Origin: an uncultured Alphaproteobacteria bacterium
Lineage (GTDB): Bacteria > Pseudomonadota > Alphaproteobacteria > Rhizobiales > Xanthobacteraceae
Assembly: GCA_963773115.1 (NCBI GenBank)
Contig: CAVYZZ010000006.1
Span: 66,508 to 130,507, forward strand
Direction of reading: 5' to 3'
DNA length: 64,000 bases
The position numbers and the translations under genes are program-made. Every line of letters starts with the position of its first letter. The stretch's first letter is position 1. Of the stretch, positions 49,824 through 60,941 are shown one piece after another. Under the pieces are notes generated by a model, which worked only from the letters and a program-made list of their open reading frames with translations, searched no databases and was not told the origin of the DNA.

Positions 49824-50879
49824 ATGGTAGGCAGCAATCCCGGATCGCGCGAAATCGGCGCTGTTCCGCATGAACCGTTAAAAATCGGTCCGGTGACTTT
49901 GCCAAATCGCGTGATTTTGGCACCGATGTCGGCGATCACCGACACACCATTCCGCCGTTTAGCCGAAAAGCTGGGGGCGGGGCTGGTGATCTCTGAAATG
50001 ACGGCCGGCGCCGGGCTTGCCCGCGGCGAACGCGAGGCGCGCGTACGCAGCGAAAATGGCGGTATCGCCATCCGCGTCGTGCAGCTCGCCGGCTGCGAAG
50101 CCGTTTGGATGGCCGAGGGCGCCCGCATTGCCGAAGCACAGGGCGCCGACATCATCGATATCAACATGGGATGTCCGTCCAAACAGGTGACCAATGGGGC
50201 GGCCGGATCGGCGTTGATGCGCGATCTCGATCATGCCCTGACCCTGATCGCAGCAACGATATCTGCCGTGCGCGCGCCAGTGACGCTGAAAATGCGGCTG
50301 GGCTGGGATACCGCCTCCATCAACGCCCCCGCGCTCGCCCGCCGCGCCGAAGCCGCGGGCGTAAAAATGATCACAGTTCACGGGCGCACCCGCTGCCAGT
50401 TTTATGACGGTTCCGCCGACTGGTCCGCTGTGCGCGCCGTGAAAGAGGCGGTTTCGATTCCGGTCGTCGTCAATGGCGACATTGCATCGTTTGATGACGC
50501 CGCGAACGCGCTTGCTGTCTCCGGCGCCGACGCCATTATGATTGGTCGTGCGGCACAAGGGCGTCCGTGGTTTCCGGGGCAGGTCGCGCGCTATCTGAAC
50601 AACGACGAGCGAGGACAAGCGCCATCACTCGCCGAGCAGCACGCGATCGCCGCGGCGCTCTATGATGCAATGATTGAACATCATGGACACCGCATCGGCC
50701 GGCGCCATGCGCGCAAGCATCTTGCCTGGGCGCTCGACACTGCCGGCGCCACGGCCGGCGCGTCCGTTGCGCTCTTGAAGGATCACCGTGCCCGCGTACT
50801 TACGGCCGAAGAGCCAGCGCAGGCGCGCCGCCGCCTCGCCGACGCCTATGATGCCTTCGCATGGAGAGCCGCCGCATGA
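49824..50879 (+). CDS. dusB: tRNA-dihydrouridine synthase B (NifR3 family)
   Basis: 351-aa ORF. ...[15 protein letters not shown]...DINMGCP...VTLKMRLGW...TVHGRTR. Upstream of ntrBC, as I recall for Alphaproteobacteria. Confidence 0.92.
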   Translation: MVGSNPGSREIGAVPHEPLKIGPVTLPNRVILAPMSAITDTPFRRLAEKLGAGLVISEMTAGAGLARGEREARVRSENGGIAIRVVQLAGCEAVWMAEGARIAEAQGADIIDINMGCPSKQVTNGAAGSALMRDLDHALTLIAATISAVRAPVTLKMRLGWDTASINAPALARRAEAAGVKMITVHGRTRCQFYDGSADWSAVRAVKEAVSIPVVVNGDIASFDDAANALAVSGADAIMIGRAAQGRPWFPGQVARYLNNDERGQAPSLAEQHAIAAALYDAMIEHHGHRIGRRHARKHLAWALDTAGATAGASVALLKDHRARVLTAEEPAQARRRLADAYDAFAWRAAA

Positions 50880-52021
50880 GCCGAGCCCACGCCGTCTCCG
50901 CCACCGTCAACTCGCCGGCCGACGCAGTGCTGCACGCATTGCCGCATCCAGTCATCATGGTCTCGCCCGACGGCAAGATCGCCGACGCCAACGTTGCAGC
51001 CGAGCAATTTTTCGAAGCCTCGATTTCGGTGCTGCGTCGGCACATGGTGCGCGAACTGGTTCCGTTCGGCTCGCCTTTGCTGGCTCTGATCGAGCAGGTT
51101 CGCAAGCGCGGCGCGGCGGTGAACGAATACAAGGTGGATCTGGCGACGCCGCGCAATCCGGGCGAGCGGCTGGTCGACTTGTACGTGGCGCCGTTGCCGG
51201 AATATCCCGACCACGTCGTCGTCATGCTGCAAGAACGCACCATCGCCGACAAAATGGACCGCCAACTCACGCATCGCGGCGCGGCGCGTTCCGTGATCGC
51301 GCTCGCGGCCATGCTGGCGCACGAAATCAAGAACCCATTGTCGGGTATCCGCGGCGCGGCCCAATTGCTGGAACAGTCGGCTGCCGACGATGACCGGTCG
51401 CTCACCAAGCTGATCTGCGACGAGACCGACCGCATTGTGAAGCTGGTCGATCGCATGGAGGTCTTCGCCGACGAGCGTCCGGTCGAACGCGAACCGGTTA
51501 ACATCCACGTGGTGCTCGATCACGTGAAGCGCCTGGCGCAGTCCGGCTTTGCCCGCCATATCAAATTCGTCGAGGATTACGATCCCTCGCTGCCCAATAT
51601 TTTCGCCAACCGTGACCAACTCATTCAGGTCTTTCTTAACTTGGTGAAGAACGCGACCGAAGCCGTCGGCGAGGGGACTAAAGACGGGGAACTCCAACTG
51701 ACCACCGCGTTCCGCCCGGGCGTGCGCTTGTCACTGCCCGGCAGCAAGACGCGCGTGTCGTTGCCGCTGGAATTTTGCGTCAAGGACAACGGTCCCGGCG
51801 TGCCGGAGGACCTGATGCCGCATTTATTCGACCCCTTCGTCACCACCAAGCAGAGCGGCAGCGGGCTCGGTTTGGCATTGGCGGCCAAGATCGTGGGTGA
51901 CCATGGCGGCATCATCGAATGTGAATCGCAGCCGCGGCGGACGATCTTTCGCGTGCTGATGCCGATCTATAGCGGCAAACGCTTGCTGACCGACGAGGCT
52001 TCGTCGGTCGAGAGCCCGTGA
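50876..52021 (+). CDS. ntrB: nitrogen regulation sensor histidine kinase
   Basis: Track ORF starts at 50861; ATG 50876 overlaps the dusB stop (ATGA). PAS-like N-terminus, H box [21 protein letters not shown] boxes ...LVKNA...DNGPGV...GSGLGLA. Confidence 0.93.
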   Translation: MSRAHAVSATVNSPADAVLHALPHPVIMVSPDGKIADANVAAEQFFEASISVLRRHMVRELVPFGSPLLALIEQVRKRGAAVNEYKVDLATPRNPGERLVDLYVAPLPEYPDHVVVMLQERTIADKMDRQLTHRGAARSVIALAAMLAHEIKNPLSGIRGAAQLLEQSAADDDRSLTKLICDETDRIVKLVDRMEVFADERPVEREPVNIHVVLDHVKRLAQSGFARHIKFVEDYDPSLPNIFANRDQLIQVFLNLVKNATEAVGEGTKDGELQLTTAFRPGVRLSLPGSKTRVSLPLEFCVKDNGPGVPEDLMPHLFDPFVTTKQSGSGLGLALAAKIVGDHGGIIECESQPRRTIFRVLMPIYSGKRLLTDEASSVESP

Positions 52022-52029
52022 GGTAAGCC

Positions 52030-53472
52030 ATGCCGACGGGAAGCATACTGGTTGCAGACGACGACGCGGCAATCCGTACCGTGCTCAATCAAGCTTTGTC
52101 ACGCGCCGGCTACGAAGTGCGCTCTACCGGCAACGCGGCGACGCTGTGGCGGTGGATCAGCCAGGGCGAGGGCGACTTGGTCATCACTGACGTGGTGATG
52201 CCGGATGAAAACGCTTTCGATCTGATCCCGCGCATTCGCAAAACGCGTCCCGATCTGCCGATCATCGTCATGAGCGCGCAGAACACCTTCATGACCGCGA
52301 TCCGCGCATCCGAGCGCGGCGCCTATGAATATCTGCCGAAGCCCTTCGATCTGAAGGAGCTGATCGCAATCGTCGGGCGCGCCATGTCGGAGCCGAAGGA
52401 GCGTCCGGCGTCGCCCGCCAAGGGCGAAGACTTCGATAACATTCCGCTGGTCGGCCGTTCGCCGGCGATGCAGGAAATCTACCGCGTCTTGGCGCGGCTG
52501 ATGCAGACCGATTTGACCGTGATGATCTCCGGCGAATCGGGAACCGGCAAAGAGCTAGTGGCGCGCGCGCTGCACGATTATGGCAAGCGCCGTTCCGGTA
52601 CTTTCGTCGCCATCAACATGGCGGCCATCCCGCGCGATCTGATCGAGTCTGAATTGTTTGGCCACGAGAAAGGCGCCTTCACCGGCGCAAATAGCCGCTC
52701 GTCCGGCCGCTTCGAGCAGGCCGAGGGCGGCACGCTGTTCCTCGACGAGATTGGCGACATGCCGATGGAGGCGCAGACCCGGCTCTTGCGCGTGCTGCAA
52801 CAGGGCGAATATACCACGGTCGGCGGGCGCACGCCGATCAAAAGCGACGTACGTATCATCGCCGCCACCAACAAAGATCTGCGGCTGCTGATCCAGCAGG
52901 GCCTGTTCCGCGAAGATCTGTTCTTCCGCCTCAACGTGGTGCCGCTGCGGTTGCCTCCCTTGCGCGAGCGCACGGAAGACATTCCCGACCTGATCCGCCA
53001 TTTCTTCGCCCAGATCGAGCGCGAGGGCCTGCCGCCGAAACAGATCGACCAGGCCGGCCTCGACCGGCTCAAGCGCCATCGCTGGCCCGGCAATGTGCGC
53101 GAGCTGGAAAACCTGGCACGCCGGCTTGCGGCGCTCTATCCGCAGGAGATCATCACCGCTGCCGTCATGGACGCCGAGCTGGCGCAGCCGGCGTTGCCGC
53201 CCGCCAGCGAAGAGCCGCGGGCTGAGGAATCCTTGAGCGCCGCCGTGGAGCGGCACCTGACGGCCTATTTCGCCGGGTTCGAGAGCGGCCTGCCGCCGGC
53301 GGGCCTTTATCACCGCGTCTTGCGTGAGATCGAATATCCCTTGCTGATGGCCGCCCTTGCGGCCACCCGCGGCAATCAGATCCGTGCCGCCGACCTGTTG
53401 GGGGTCAACCGCAATACTCTGCGCAAGAAAATCCGCGACCTCGACATCCAGTTTTTCCGCGGTGGAAGCTGA
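52030..53472 (+). CDS. ntrC: sigma-54-dependent response regulator NtrC
   Basis: 480-aa ORF. Receiver (ILVADDD...DVVMPD), AAA+ GESGTGKE, the intact sigma-54 contact motif EKGAFTGA and a C-terminal HTH. Confidence 0.96.
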   Translation: MPTGSILVADDDAAIRTVLNQALSRAGYEVRSTGNAATLWRWISQGEGDLVITDVVMPDENAFDLIPRIRKTRPDLPIIVMSAQNTFMTAIRASERGAYEYLPKPFDLKELIAIVGRAMSEPKERPASPAKGEDFDNIPLVGRSPAMQEIYRVLARLMQTDLTVMISGESGTGKELVARALHDYGKRRSGTFVAINMAAIPRDLIESELFGHEKGAFTGANSRSSGRFEQAEGGTLFLDEIGDMPMEAQTRLLRVLQQGEYTTVGGRTPIKSDVRIIAATNKDLRLLIQQGLFREDLFFRLNVVPLRLPPLRERTEDIPDLIRHFFAQIEREGLPPKQIDQAGLDRLKRHRWPGNVRELENLARRLAALYPQEIITAAVMDAELAQPALPPASEEPRAEESLSAAVERHLTAYFAGFESGLPPAGLYHRVLREIEYPLLMAALAATRGNQIRAADLLGVNRNTLRKKIRDLDIQFFRGGS

Positions 53473-53520
53473 GCTTCGTTTAGTCGGCTTTGATTTTCAC
53501 GCCGCGGTTTTGTCGCAATT

Positions 53521-53535
53521 TGGCAACATTGTTGT
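53521..53535 (+). promoter_or_regulatory. weak sigma-54-like -24/-12 motif upstream of ntrY
   Basis: TGGCAAcattgTTGT has correct GG-N10 spacing, but the -12 element reads GT rather than GC. It lies 89 nt upstream of the ntrY ATG. Confidence 0.2.
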
Positions 53536-53623
53536 ATAAAAGCATCAGTGCCGGGGAGGGATAGCCCCTTCGCGCGCACCTTCCCCGGGGCGTCCACGCC
53601 CCGCCATCCGCCGCCAGGGGTCA

Positions 53624-55882
53624 ATGAGCGTCGAACAGGCTGCCACCGCCGAGACCGCGCTCGCCGGTCCGCCTGCCAAGCGGGGGGAAACGCGAGTGCT
53701 TGGCCCGATTGCTGTCGGGCTCGCGTTGCTGTCGGCCTTTGCTACCTTCATCGTTCTCGCCGACCTGACGCCGATTTCGCCGACGCATTACGTCGTCGTC
53801 ACGCTGCTGCTCGTGAACGCATCGACGGTGCTGCTGCTGCTCGGCATCATCGTGCGCGAAGTGTGGCTGGTGGTGCAGGCACGCCGCGCCGGTCGCGCAG
53901 GCGCGCGGCTGCACGTGCGCATCGTCGGCTTGTTCGCCATCATTGCCGCGTTCCCCGCCATCCTGGTGGCGATCGTGGCCAGTGTCACGCTCGACCGCGG
54001 TCTCGACAAGCTTTTTTCGTCGCGCACGCGCGCTGCTATCGAGAACTCGCTGATCGTTGCGGAAGCGTATTTGCGCGACCACGCGCAGATCGTGCGCTCC
54101 GATATCTTGGTCATGGCCGTCGACATGGCCCGCGCCGAGCCGGTCTTCAAGGAGGACAGTAGCAAGCTCCGGCAATTCCTGACCTTCCAGGCTTCGGTGC
54201 GCGGCCTCGGCGCCGCCATCGTGATCGACAAGAATCTGACAATCGTCGCGCAGGCCGACCTGCAGAGCACGCGAACCTTCGCCTTGCCGCCGAAAGACGC
54301 GCTACCGCGTATCGGCGAAAAGGATCCACAAATCGTCCTGCTGCCCGACACCAGCTACGTCGCCGCCGTCATCAAGTTGCGCAAATACGACGACTATTGG
54401 CTTTACGTCACGCGGCTGCTCGATCCGCGCGTGGTGCCGCAATTGCAGGCGACGCGGGCGAGCGCGAGCGAATATGCCGCGATCGAGCAGCGCCGCCTCG
54501 GTGTGCAGGTCGCCTTCGCCCTGATGTACACCGTCATCGCGCTCACCGTGTTGCTATCGGCGGTCTGGATCGGATTGAATTTCGCCAATGTGCTGGTGGC
54601 ACCGATCCGGCGGCTAATCGGCGCCGCCAATGTGGTCTCCACCGGGAACCTTTACGTACGCGTGCCCGTGCGCGAGTTTGAAGGCGATCTCGCGCAGCTC
54701 GGCGAAACCTTCAACCGAATGACGCAGGAGTTGCGCACCCAGCGTGACGACATCATGCGCGCGCGCGACGTCATCGACAGCCGCCGCCGTTTCACCGAGG
54801 CGGTGCTGGCTGGCGCCAGCGCCGGTGTGATCGGCGTCGACGGCAAAGGCTGCGTGAGCATCCTCAACCGGTCGGCGGAAAAGCTGATCGGCTGCGTGGA
54901 AGCCGAAGCCCTCGGCCGTCCCTTGGACGAAGTATTTCCTGAACTCGCCGATATGATGTCCGCGGCGAAAGCCGGCGCCCGCGCGCAGGGGCAAGTCACC
55001 ATCACCCGCAACGGCCGCGAGCGCAATTTGTCGGTGCGCATCACCAGCGAGCAGTCGAGCGAATCCGAACATGGTTACGTGGTGACACTTGACGACATTA
55101 CCGAACTGGTCGCGGCCCAGCGCACCTCGGCCTGGGCCGACATCGCGCGTCGCATCGCGCACGAGATCAAGAACCCGCTCACGCCCATCCAACTGTCGGC
55201 GGAGCGGCTGCGCCGCAAATACGGCAAGGTGATTGGCGAGGATGACGGCGTTTTCGCGCAATGTACGGATACCATCGTGCGCCAGGTCGACGATATCAGG
55301 CGCATGGTCGACGAATTCTCGCGCTTTGCCCGCACGCCCAAGCCCGTGATGGCGGGCGAGGACGTGGCCGACACCGTGCGCCAGGCGGCGTTCCTGATGC
55401 GCGTCGGCAATTCGGAAATCGACATCGACGCCGAGATCGCCGAAGACCCGATGCCGGCGCGTTTCGACCGTCGCTTGATCTCACAGGCGCTCACCAACCT
55501 CATCAAGAACGCCGCAGAGGCGATCGCCGCCGTGCCGCCCGCCGAACTCGGCAAGGGCAAGATTCGCGTCTTTGCCGCGCGCGACCACGACGACATTGTG
55601 ATCGACGTCGTCGACAACGGCATCGGCCTACCGACCGAAAACCGCAGTCGGCTGCTAGAACCTTACGTGACCACGCGCGAGAAGGGCACGGGCTTAGGCC
55701 TTGCCATCGTCGGCCGCATTATCGAAGAGCACGGCGGCAGCATCGAACTGCACGACGCGGTGGCCAAAATTCCCGGCCAGCGCGGCGCCTGGATACGCCT
55801 GCGTTTTGCCGCCTCCGGCGAGGCGGCAGAATCCGAGTCCGAAAAACAAAAAACGATGAACGAGCAATCGCATGTCCGCTGA
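53624..55882 (+). CDS. ntrY: sensor histidine kinase NtrY
   Basis: 752-aa ORF. N-terminal TM segments, HAMP, PAS, H box [19 protein letters not shown] and an ATPase domain. Confidence 0.94.
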   Translation: MSVEQAATAETALAGPPAKRGETRVLGPIAVGLALLSAFATFIVLADLTPISPTHYVVVTLLLVNASTVLLLLGIIVREVWLVVQARRAGRAGARLHVRIVGLFAIIAAFPAILVAIVASVTLDRGLDKLFSSRTRAAIENSLIVAEAYLRDHAQIVRSDILVMAVDMARAEPVFKEDSSKLRQFLTFQASVRGLGAAIVIDKNLTIVAQADLQSTRTFALPPKDALPRIGEKDPQIVLLPDTSYVAAVIKLRKYDDYWLYVTRLLDPRVVPQLQATRASASEYAAIEQRRLGVQVAFALMYTVIALTVLLSAVWIGLNFANVLVAPIRRLIGAANVVSTGNLYVRVPVREFEGDLAQLGETFNRMTQELRTQRDDIMRARDVIDSRRRFTEAVLAGASAGVIGVDGKGCVSILNRSAEKLIGCVEAEALGRPLDEVFPELADMMSAAKAGARAQGQVTITRNGRERNLSVRITSEQSSESEHGYVVTLDDITELVAAQRTSAWADIARRIAHEIKNPLTPIQLSAERLRRKYGKVIGEDDGVFAQCTDTIVRQVDDIRRMVDEFSRFARTPKPVMAGEDVADTVRQAAFLMRVGNSEIDIDAEIAEDPMPARFDRRLISQALTNLIKNAAEAIAAVPPAELGKGKIRVFAARDHDDIVIDVVDNGIGLPTENRSRLLEPYVTTREKGTGLGLAIVGRIIEEHGGSIELHDAVAKIPGQRGAWIRLRFAASGEAAESESEKQKTMNEQSHVR

Positions 55883-57242
55883 TATTCTGATCGTCGACGA
55901 CGAAGCCGATATCCGCGATCTGGTGGCCGGCATCCTGCAGGATGAAGGTTACGAGCCGCGGACCGCGCGCAATAGTGACGATGCGCTCGCGGCGATCGCG
56001 TCGCGCCGTCCGTCCTTGGTGTTCTTGGATATCTGGCTGCAAGGCAGCAAGCTCGATGGATTGCAACTGCTTGAAGCCATCAAGCAGGAGCATCCCGAGC
56101 TTCCGGTCGTCATGATCTCCGGCCACGGCAACATCGAGACTGCGGTCGCCGCCATCAAGCGCGGCGCCTACGATTTCATTGAGAAGCCGTTCAAAGCCGA
56201 CCGGCTGGTGCTGGTGGCCGACCGCACGCTTGAGACGTCGCGGCTCAAGCGCGAGGTCAAGCAGTTGAAGCAGCTCGCGCCGATCCCGGCCACGCTTGTC
56301 GGCAAGTCGGCGGCCATTGCCCAACTGCGCCAGACCGTCGAGCGGGTCGCGCCGACCAACAGCCGCATTCTCATCGTCGGTCCATCCGGCTCGGGCAAGG
56401 AACTGGCGGCCCGCACGATCCATCAATTGTCGGGCCGGGCCAATGGTCCCTTCATCGTGATCAATGCCGCCGCGATCACGCCCGACCGCATGGAAGTTGA
56501 ATTGTTCGGCGTCGACCAGTCCAACGGCTCGGAAGGCCGCAAGCCTGGCGCGCTGGAAGAGGCGCATGGCGGCACGCTGTTTATTGACGACATCGCCGAC
56601 CTTCCGCGCGAAACGCAGAACAAGATCCTGCGCGTGCTGGTCGACCAGACCTTCCAGCGGGTCGGCGGCAGCACCAAGGTCGCGGTCGATGTGCGCATCG
56701 TGTCGTCGACTGCACGCAATCTTGAAACGCTGATCGCCGAAGGAAAATTTCGGGAAGACCTCTATCACCGCCTTTCAGTCGTGCCGATCCGCGTGCCGCC
56801 TTTGGCGGAACGGCGCGAGGACATTCCCAGCTTGATCGAGTATTTCATGGATCAGATCTCGCTGGCCACCGGTCTGCCCAAACGCCGCATCGGCGACGAT
56901 GCCATGGCCGTGCTGCAATCGCACGACTGGCCAGGCAACGTGCGCCAGTTGCGCAACAATATCGAGCGGCTCATGATTCTCGCCGGCGGTGATCCGGACG
57001 CCGTGCTCGACGCCAGCATGCTGCCGCCCGATGTCGGCTCGATGGTGCCGAGCATGCCGAACGGCAATGGCGGCGAGCATTTGATGGGCCTAGCGCTGCG
57101 CGAAGCGCGCGAAGTGTTTGAACGCGAATACTTGGTGGCGCAGATCAGCCGCTTCGGCGGCAACATCTCGCGCACGGCCGAATTCGTCGGCATGGAGCGC
57201 TCAGCGCTGCACCGCAAGCTCAAGGCGCTCGGGATCGGGTAG
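55872..57242 (+). CDS. ntrX: response regulator NtrX (AAA+ domain without GAFTGA)
   Basis: 456-aa ORF with an 11-nt overlap with ntrY. Receiver (ILIVDDE...DIWL), Walker A GPSGSGKE. Where NtrC has [10 protein letters not shown], this protein reads GVDQSNGSEGRKPGALEEA. Confidence 0.93.
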   Translation: MSADILIVDDEADIRDLVAGILQDEGYEPRTARNSDDALAAIASRRPSLVFLDIWLQGSKLDGLQLLEAIKQEHPELPVVMISGHGNIETAVAAIKRGAYDFIEKPFKADRLVLVADRTLETSRLKREVKQLKQLAPIPATLVGKSAAIAQLRQTVERVAPTNSRILIVGPSGSGKELAARTIHQLSGRANGPFIVINAAAITPDRMEVELFGVDQSNGSEGRKPGALEEAHGGTLFIDDIADLPRETQNKILRVLVDQTFQRVGGSTKVAVDVRIVSSTARNLETLIAEGKFREDLYHRLSVVPIRVPPLAERREDIPSLIEYFMDQISLATGLPKRRIGDDAMAVLQSHDWPGNVRQLRNNIERLMILAGGDPDAVLDASMLPPDVGSMVPSMPNGNGGEHLMGLALREAREVFEREYLVAQISRFGGNISRTAEFVGMERSALHRKLKALGIG

Positions 57243-57266
57243 GGCCGGAAGCAGTGATGCAAACTC

Positions 57267-57351
57267 CGTTCGTTCCCGCGCAAGCGGGAACCCAGATCAG
57301 CAAACTCAGAGACTTTTTGCCCTGGGTTCCCGCTTGCGCCGGGACGAACGG
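57267..57351. repeat. large inverted repeat (two ~29-nt arms, each itself a hairpin) between ntrX and the aminotransferase gene
   Basis: Left arm cgttcGTTCCCGCgcaaGCGGGAACccag (57267-57294). Right arm ctggGTTCCCGCttgcGCCGGGACgaacg (57322-57351). The arms are reverse complements of each other with 2 mismatches. Confidence 0.75.
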
Positions 57352-57358
57352 GTAGGTC

Positions 57359-58216
57359 ATGTCCCGCATCGCCTATGTCAATGGCCGCTATTTGCCGCGG
57401 GCGCGGGCGATGGTCTCGGTCGAGGACCGGGGCTTCCAATTCGCCGACGGTGTCTACGAAGTCTGCGAAGTGCGGGACGGGCGCCTGGTGGACGAGCGCC
57501 GGCACATGGCGCGGCTCGACCGCTCTTTACGCGAATTGCGCATCGCGCGCCCGATGACACCGGCGGCGTTGTCGGTCGTGCTGCACGAAACGGTCTGGCG
57601 CAATCGCGTGCGCGACGGCATTGTCTATCTCCAGATCACCCGCGGCGCGGCGCGGCGGGATTTTCCGTTTCCATCGAGGGATACGCCCCCGACCGTGGTC
57701 GTAACCGCACGCAGCAACGACCTCGCGCGGCTCGAGCAATTGGCCACCGAAGGTGTCGCGGTCGTCACCGTGCCCGATATCCGCTGGGGACGCGTCGATA
57801 TCAAGTCCGTGGCGCTGCTGCCGAACGTGCTGGCAAAGCAGGCCGCGCGCGACGCGGGTGCCCGCGAGGCCTGGCTGGTCGACGCGGCCGGCCGCGTCAC
57901 CGAAGGCGCTTCGTCGAATGCCTGGATCGTTACGCGCGAAGGCACGCTCATCACGCACCCGCTTGGGCGCGACATCCTGCCGGGCATTACGCGTTCGGTG
58001 GTAATCGACGCGATCAAGGCGCAAGGGCTGGCCTTCGAGGAGCGCGCTTTCACCGTCGCGGACGCCTATGCCGCGCGCGAGGCGTTCATCACCTCGGCCA
58101 GCCAGATCGTTTTGCCGGTCGTAGCGATCGACGGCCGTCCGATCGGCAATGGCGCCCCCGGGCCGATCGCTGCCGGCTTGCGCCGTGACTATCACCGCCA
58201 CGCCGAAATCGGCTGA
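57359..58216 (+). CDS. class IV (D-amino-acid / branched-chain) aminotransferase
   Basis: 285-aa ORF. ...VSVEDRGFQFADGVYEV...YLQITRG...VDIKSVALLPNVLAK... (PLP fold type IV). Confidence 0.88.
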   Translation: MSRIAYVNGRYLPRARAMVSVEDRGFQFADGVYEVCEVRDGRLVDERRHMARLDRSLRELRIARPMTPAALSVVLHETVWRNRVRDGIVYLQITRGAARRDFPFPSRDTPPTVVVTARSNDLARLEQLATEGVAVVTVPDIRWGRVDIKSVALLPNVLAKQAARDAGAREAWLVDAAGRVTEGASSNAWIVTREGTLITHPLGRDILPGITRSVVIDAIKAQGLAFEERAFTVADAYAAREAFITSASQIVLPVVAIDGRPIGNGAPGPIAAGLRRDYHRHAEIG

Positions 58217-58457
58217 TCGAATCGGCCGCTTCAAGGCGGCCGGCAACCAATAAAATGCTATATAAGTCAAACGCTTGATGGGTATGCGTCAAGCGGCTTG
58301 CACGCAGAGTTTACCTGCCATCTAATAGCGCGCTCCTGAGCCGTGCACCGCACTTGCGTGGGGCAGAGCGGCACATGTAGTGGAACTCGCATGTGAATGG
58401 GTCTCGGGCAACAAAGGTCTCGCGCGCTAGACGCGGGCAAAAAAATGGAACACGGCC

Positions 58458-58718
58458 ATGGCTGCCGAACGTGCGCAGAATCTCCAAGACACTTTTCTCA
58501 ATCACGTCCGCAAAAGCAAAATCCCGCTCACCATTTTTCTGGTCAACGGGGTGAAATTGCAGGGCGTGGTGACCTGGTTCGATAATTTCTGCGTGCTATT
58601 GCGGCGGGACGGACACTCCCAGCTCGTCTATAAGCATGCGATCTCGACCATCATGCCGGGTCATCCGATCCAGCTGTTCGAAGGCGGCGAAGAGCCGCCG
58701 GCCGCAGAGAAGGCCTGA
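58458..58718 (+). CDS. hfq: RNA chaperone Hfq
   Basis: 86-aa [61 protein letters not shown]. Confidence 0.97.
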   Translation: MAAERAQNLQDTFLNHVRKSKIPLTIFLVNGVKLQGVVTWFDNFCVLLRRDGHSQLVYKHAISTIMPGHPIQLFEGGEEPPAAEKA

Positions 58719-60086
58719 TTGGAACCACGCCGCCGCGACAAGCGCGCTGACCTCCTGAACCCGACGACGACGGGGCCTGAGACAGGCCGCGCTATAGTCA
58801 TTGAGCCGTGGCTGAAGCACGCGGGCGGACGGGCGGGTGCTGCCCGCGCGTCAGAGGATCTGCGCACGCCGGAAGCCCGTCTCGCGGAAGCCGCCGGCCT
58901 CGCGCGCGCCATCGATCTCAATGTGGTGGAGCAGGGGCTGGTGACCCTCGCCGCCATTCGCCCCGCGACTTACATCGGCAAAGGCAAGGTCGATGAGATC
59001 GCCGGACTCGTTAAAAGCCTCGAGGCCACCGTTGTGGTGATGGATTGCCCGGTCTCGCCGGTGCAGCAGCGCAATCTGGAAAAGGCGTGGGGCACCAAGG
59101 TCATCGACCGCACCGGCTTGATCCTGGAAATCTTCGGCCGGCGCGCGCGCACCAAGGAAGGCGCGCTGCAGGTGGAACACGCACACCTGTCGTATCAGAA
59201 GGGCCGGCTGGTGCGCTCCTGGACCCATCTCGAGCGCCAGCGCGGCGGCCATGGCTTCCTTGGTGGCCCGGGCGAAACCCAGATCGAAGCCGACCGGCGT
59301 GCCATCGATGAGCGCATCGCCCGCATCGAAACCGAGCTCGACAAAGTTAAGCGCACCCGCTCCCTACATCGCGAGAGCCGCAAGCGCGTGCCTTATCCGA
59401 TCGTGGCGCTGGTGGGCTACACCAATGCCGGCAAGTCGACGCTGTTCAACCGCATGACGCAGGCCACCGTGCTGTCGGCCGACATGCTATTCGCCACTCT
59501 CGATCCGACGCTGCGCGCAGTCGCTCTGCCGCGCGGCAACCGCGTCATCCTGTCAGACACTGTCGGCTTTATCTCAGACCTGCCGACCATGCTGGTGGCG
59601 GCCTTCCGCGCTACGCTCGAAGAGGTGATCGAGGCGGATGTCATCCTGCATGTGCGCGATGTGTCACATGAGGACACGCAGGCGCAGTCGCATGACGTCG
59701 AAAAAGTTCTGGGCGAGCTCGGCATCGCAGCCACCGATCCGCGCCTGATCGAGGTTTGGAACAAGATCGACTGTCTGGACGGCGATGGCCGCGCGCAACT
59801 GTTCAATCTCGCCGAGCGGCAGCCGCTTGCGCGCCGGCCGGTTCCGGTCTCGGCGCTCAGTGGGGAGGGCATCGACCGTCTGGTCGAGGCGATCGAGGCG
59901 CGCCTGGCCGAAAGCCGCCAGACGCTTGAACTCGCGATCAACCCGGCGGACGGTGCGGGCTTGAGCTGGCTCTACCGCCACTCCGAAGTGCTGGAAAAGC
60001 ATATGCGCGAGGACGGGCAACTGGCCGTGACCGTGCGCGCGGATGCCGACAAGGCGGCGCGGGTGCGGGCGAAGTTTCCGATCTGA
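58719..60086 (+). CDS. hflX: GTPase HflX
   Basis: 455-aa ORF from a TTG directly after the hfq stop (start uncertain). G1 [20 protein letters not shown]. Confidence 0.92.
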   Translation: MEPRRRDKRADLLNPTTTGPETGRAIVIEPWLKHAGGRAGAARASEDLRTPEARLAEAAGLARAIDLNVVEQGLVTLAAIRPATYIGKGKVDEIAGLVKSLEATVVVMDCPVSPVQQRNLEKAWGTKVIDRTGLILEIFGRRARTKEGALQVEHAHLSYQKGRLVRSWTHLERQRGGHGFLGGPGETQIEADRRAIDERIARIETELDKVKRTRSLHRESRKRVPYPIVALVGYTNAGKSTLFNRMTQATVLSADMLFATLDPTLRAVALPRGNRVILSDTVGFISDLPTMLVAAFRATLEEVIEADVILHVRDVSHEDTQAQSHDVEKVLGELGIAATDPRLIEVWNKIDCLDGDGRAQLFNLAERQPLARRPVPVSALSGEGIDRLVEAIEARLAESRQTLELAINPADGAGLSWLYRHSEVLEKHMREDGQLAVTVRADADKAARVRAKFPI

Positions 60087-60089
60087 GGA

Positions 60090-60941
60090 CTACTTTTCGG
60101 CCGCCTTGGCGGCGTCCCATAGCGCGTCCATCTCGGCCAAAGTGGCGTCCTTGGGGGTCTTGCCGCGCGCGGCGAGCGCGCGCTCGATCGAGGCGAAGCG
60201 GCGCTCGAATTTGAGATTGGTCGCGCGCAATATAGCTTCTGGCTCGGCGCGCAAATGGCGGGCGAGATTGACCACCGCGAACAACAGATCGCCGACCTCG
60301 CTCGCCGCATGTTCATGTGTGCTGTCGGCGTCGTCGAGCTCGGCTTCGATCTCGTCGGCTTCCTCACGGATCTTGGCGAGCACCGCGCGCGGATCGTTCC
60401 AGTCGAAGCCAACACGGCCGGCCTTGCTCTGCAGCTTCAGGGCACGCGTCAGGGCGGGCAGGGCAATCGGCACGCCCGCCAGGGCGCCGGCCGGCGCGGC
60501 CTCGCCGCGGTCGGCGCGCTGAGCGCGCTCCTCCGCCTTGATCCGTTCCCACAGGCCTTTGACGGCCTCGGCCGTGCGGCCTTGCTCGTCGGCAAAGACG
60601 TGTGGGTGGCGGCGAATGAGCTTGGTGGTGATGGTGTCGACCACATCGCCGAAGTCGAAGGCGCCTTGCTCCTGCGCCATGCGGGCATGGAAGACAACCT
60701 GCAGCAGCAGGTCGCCCAATTCGTCCTGGAGGTCGGCAAGGTCGCCGCGGGCGATGGCGTCGGCCACCTCATAGGCTTCCTCGAGGGTATAGGGTGCGAT
60801 CGTCTCGAAATTCTGCTCCAGGTCCCAGGGGCAGCCCGAACCGGGCGTGCGCAGCGCCGCCATGATCTCGAGTAGCCGGGCGATGTCGCGGGAGGGCTTC
60901 ACGGGGCGTGGCTCGGAGGCTGGAGCGGTCGACCGTAACAA
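60090..60941 (-). CDS. mazG: nucleoside triphosphate pyrophosphohydrolase MazG
   Basis: 283-aa ORF with tandem MazG domains. CPWDLEQNFETIAPYTLEEAYEVADAI, ELGDLLLQVVFHA, RHPHVF. Convergent with hflX, with 3 nt between the stops. Confidence 0.93.
   Translation of the reverse strand: MLRSTAPASEPRPVKPSRDIARLLEIMAALRTPGSGCPWDLEQNFETIAPYTLEEAYEVADAIARGDLADLQDELGDLLLQVVFHARMAQEQGAFDFGDVVDTITTKLIRRHPHVFADEQGRTAEAVKGLWERIKAEERAQRADRGEAAPAGALAGVPIALPALTRALKLQSKAGRVGFDWNDPRAVLAKIREEADEIEAELDDADSTHEHAASEVGDLLFAVVNLARHLRAEPEAILRATNLKFERRFASIERALAARGKTPKDATLAEMDALWDAAKAAEK

Noticed and set aside
58217-58457. Stem-loop GGCCGC-ttcaag-GCGGCC (58224-58241) and other short palindromes upstream of hfq as terminator or regulatory RNA
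   Set aside because: A 6-bp stem without a T tract, and the remaining palindromes are short. The evidence is insufficient to call a feature.
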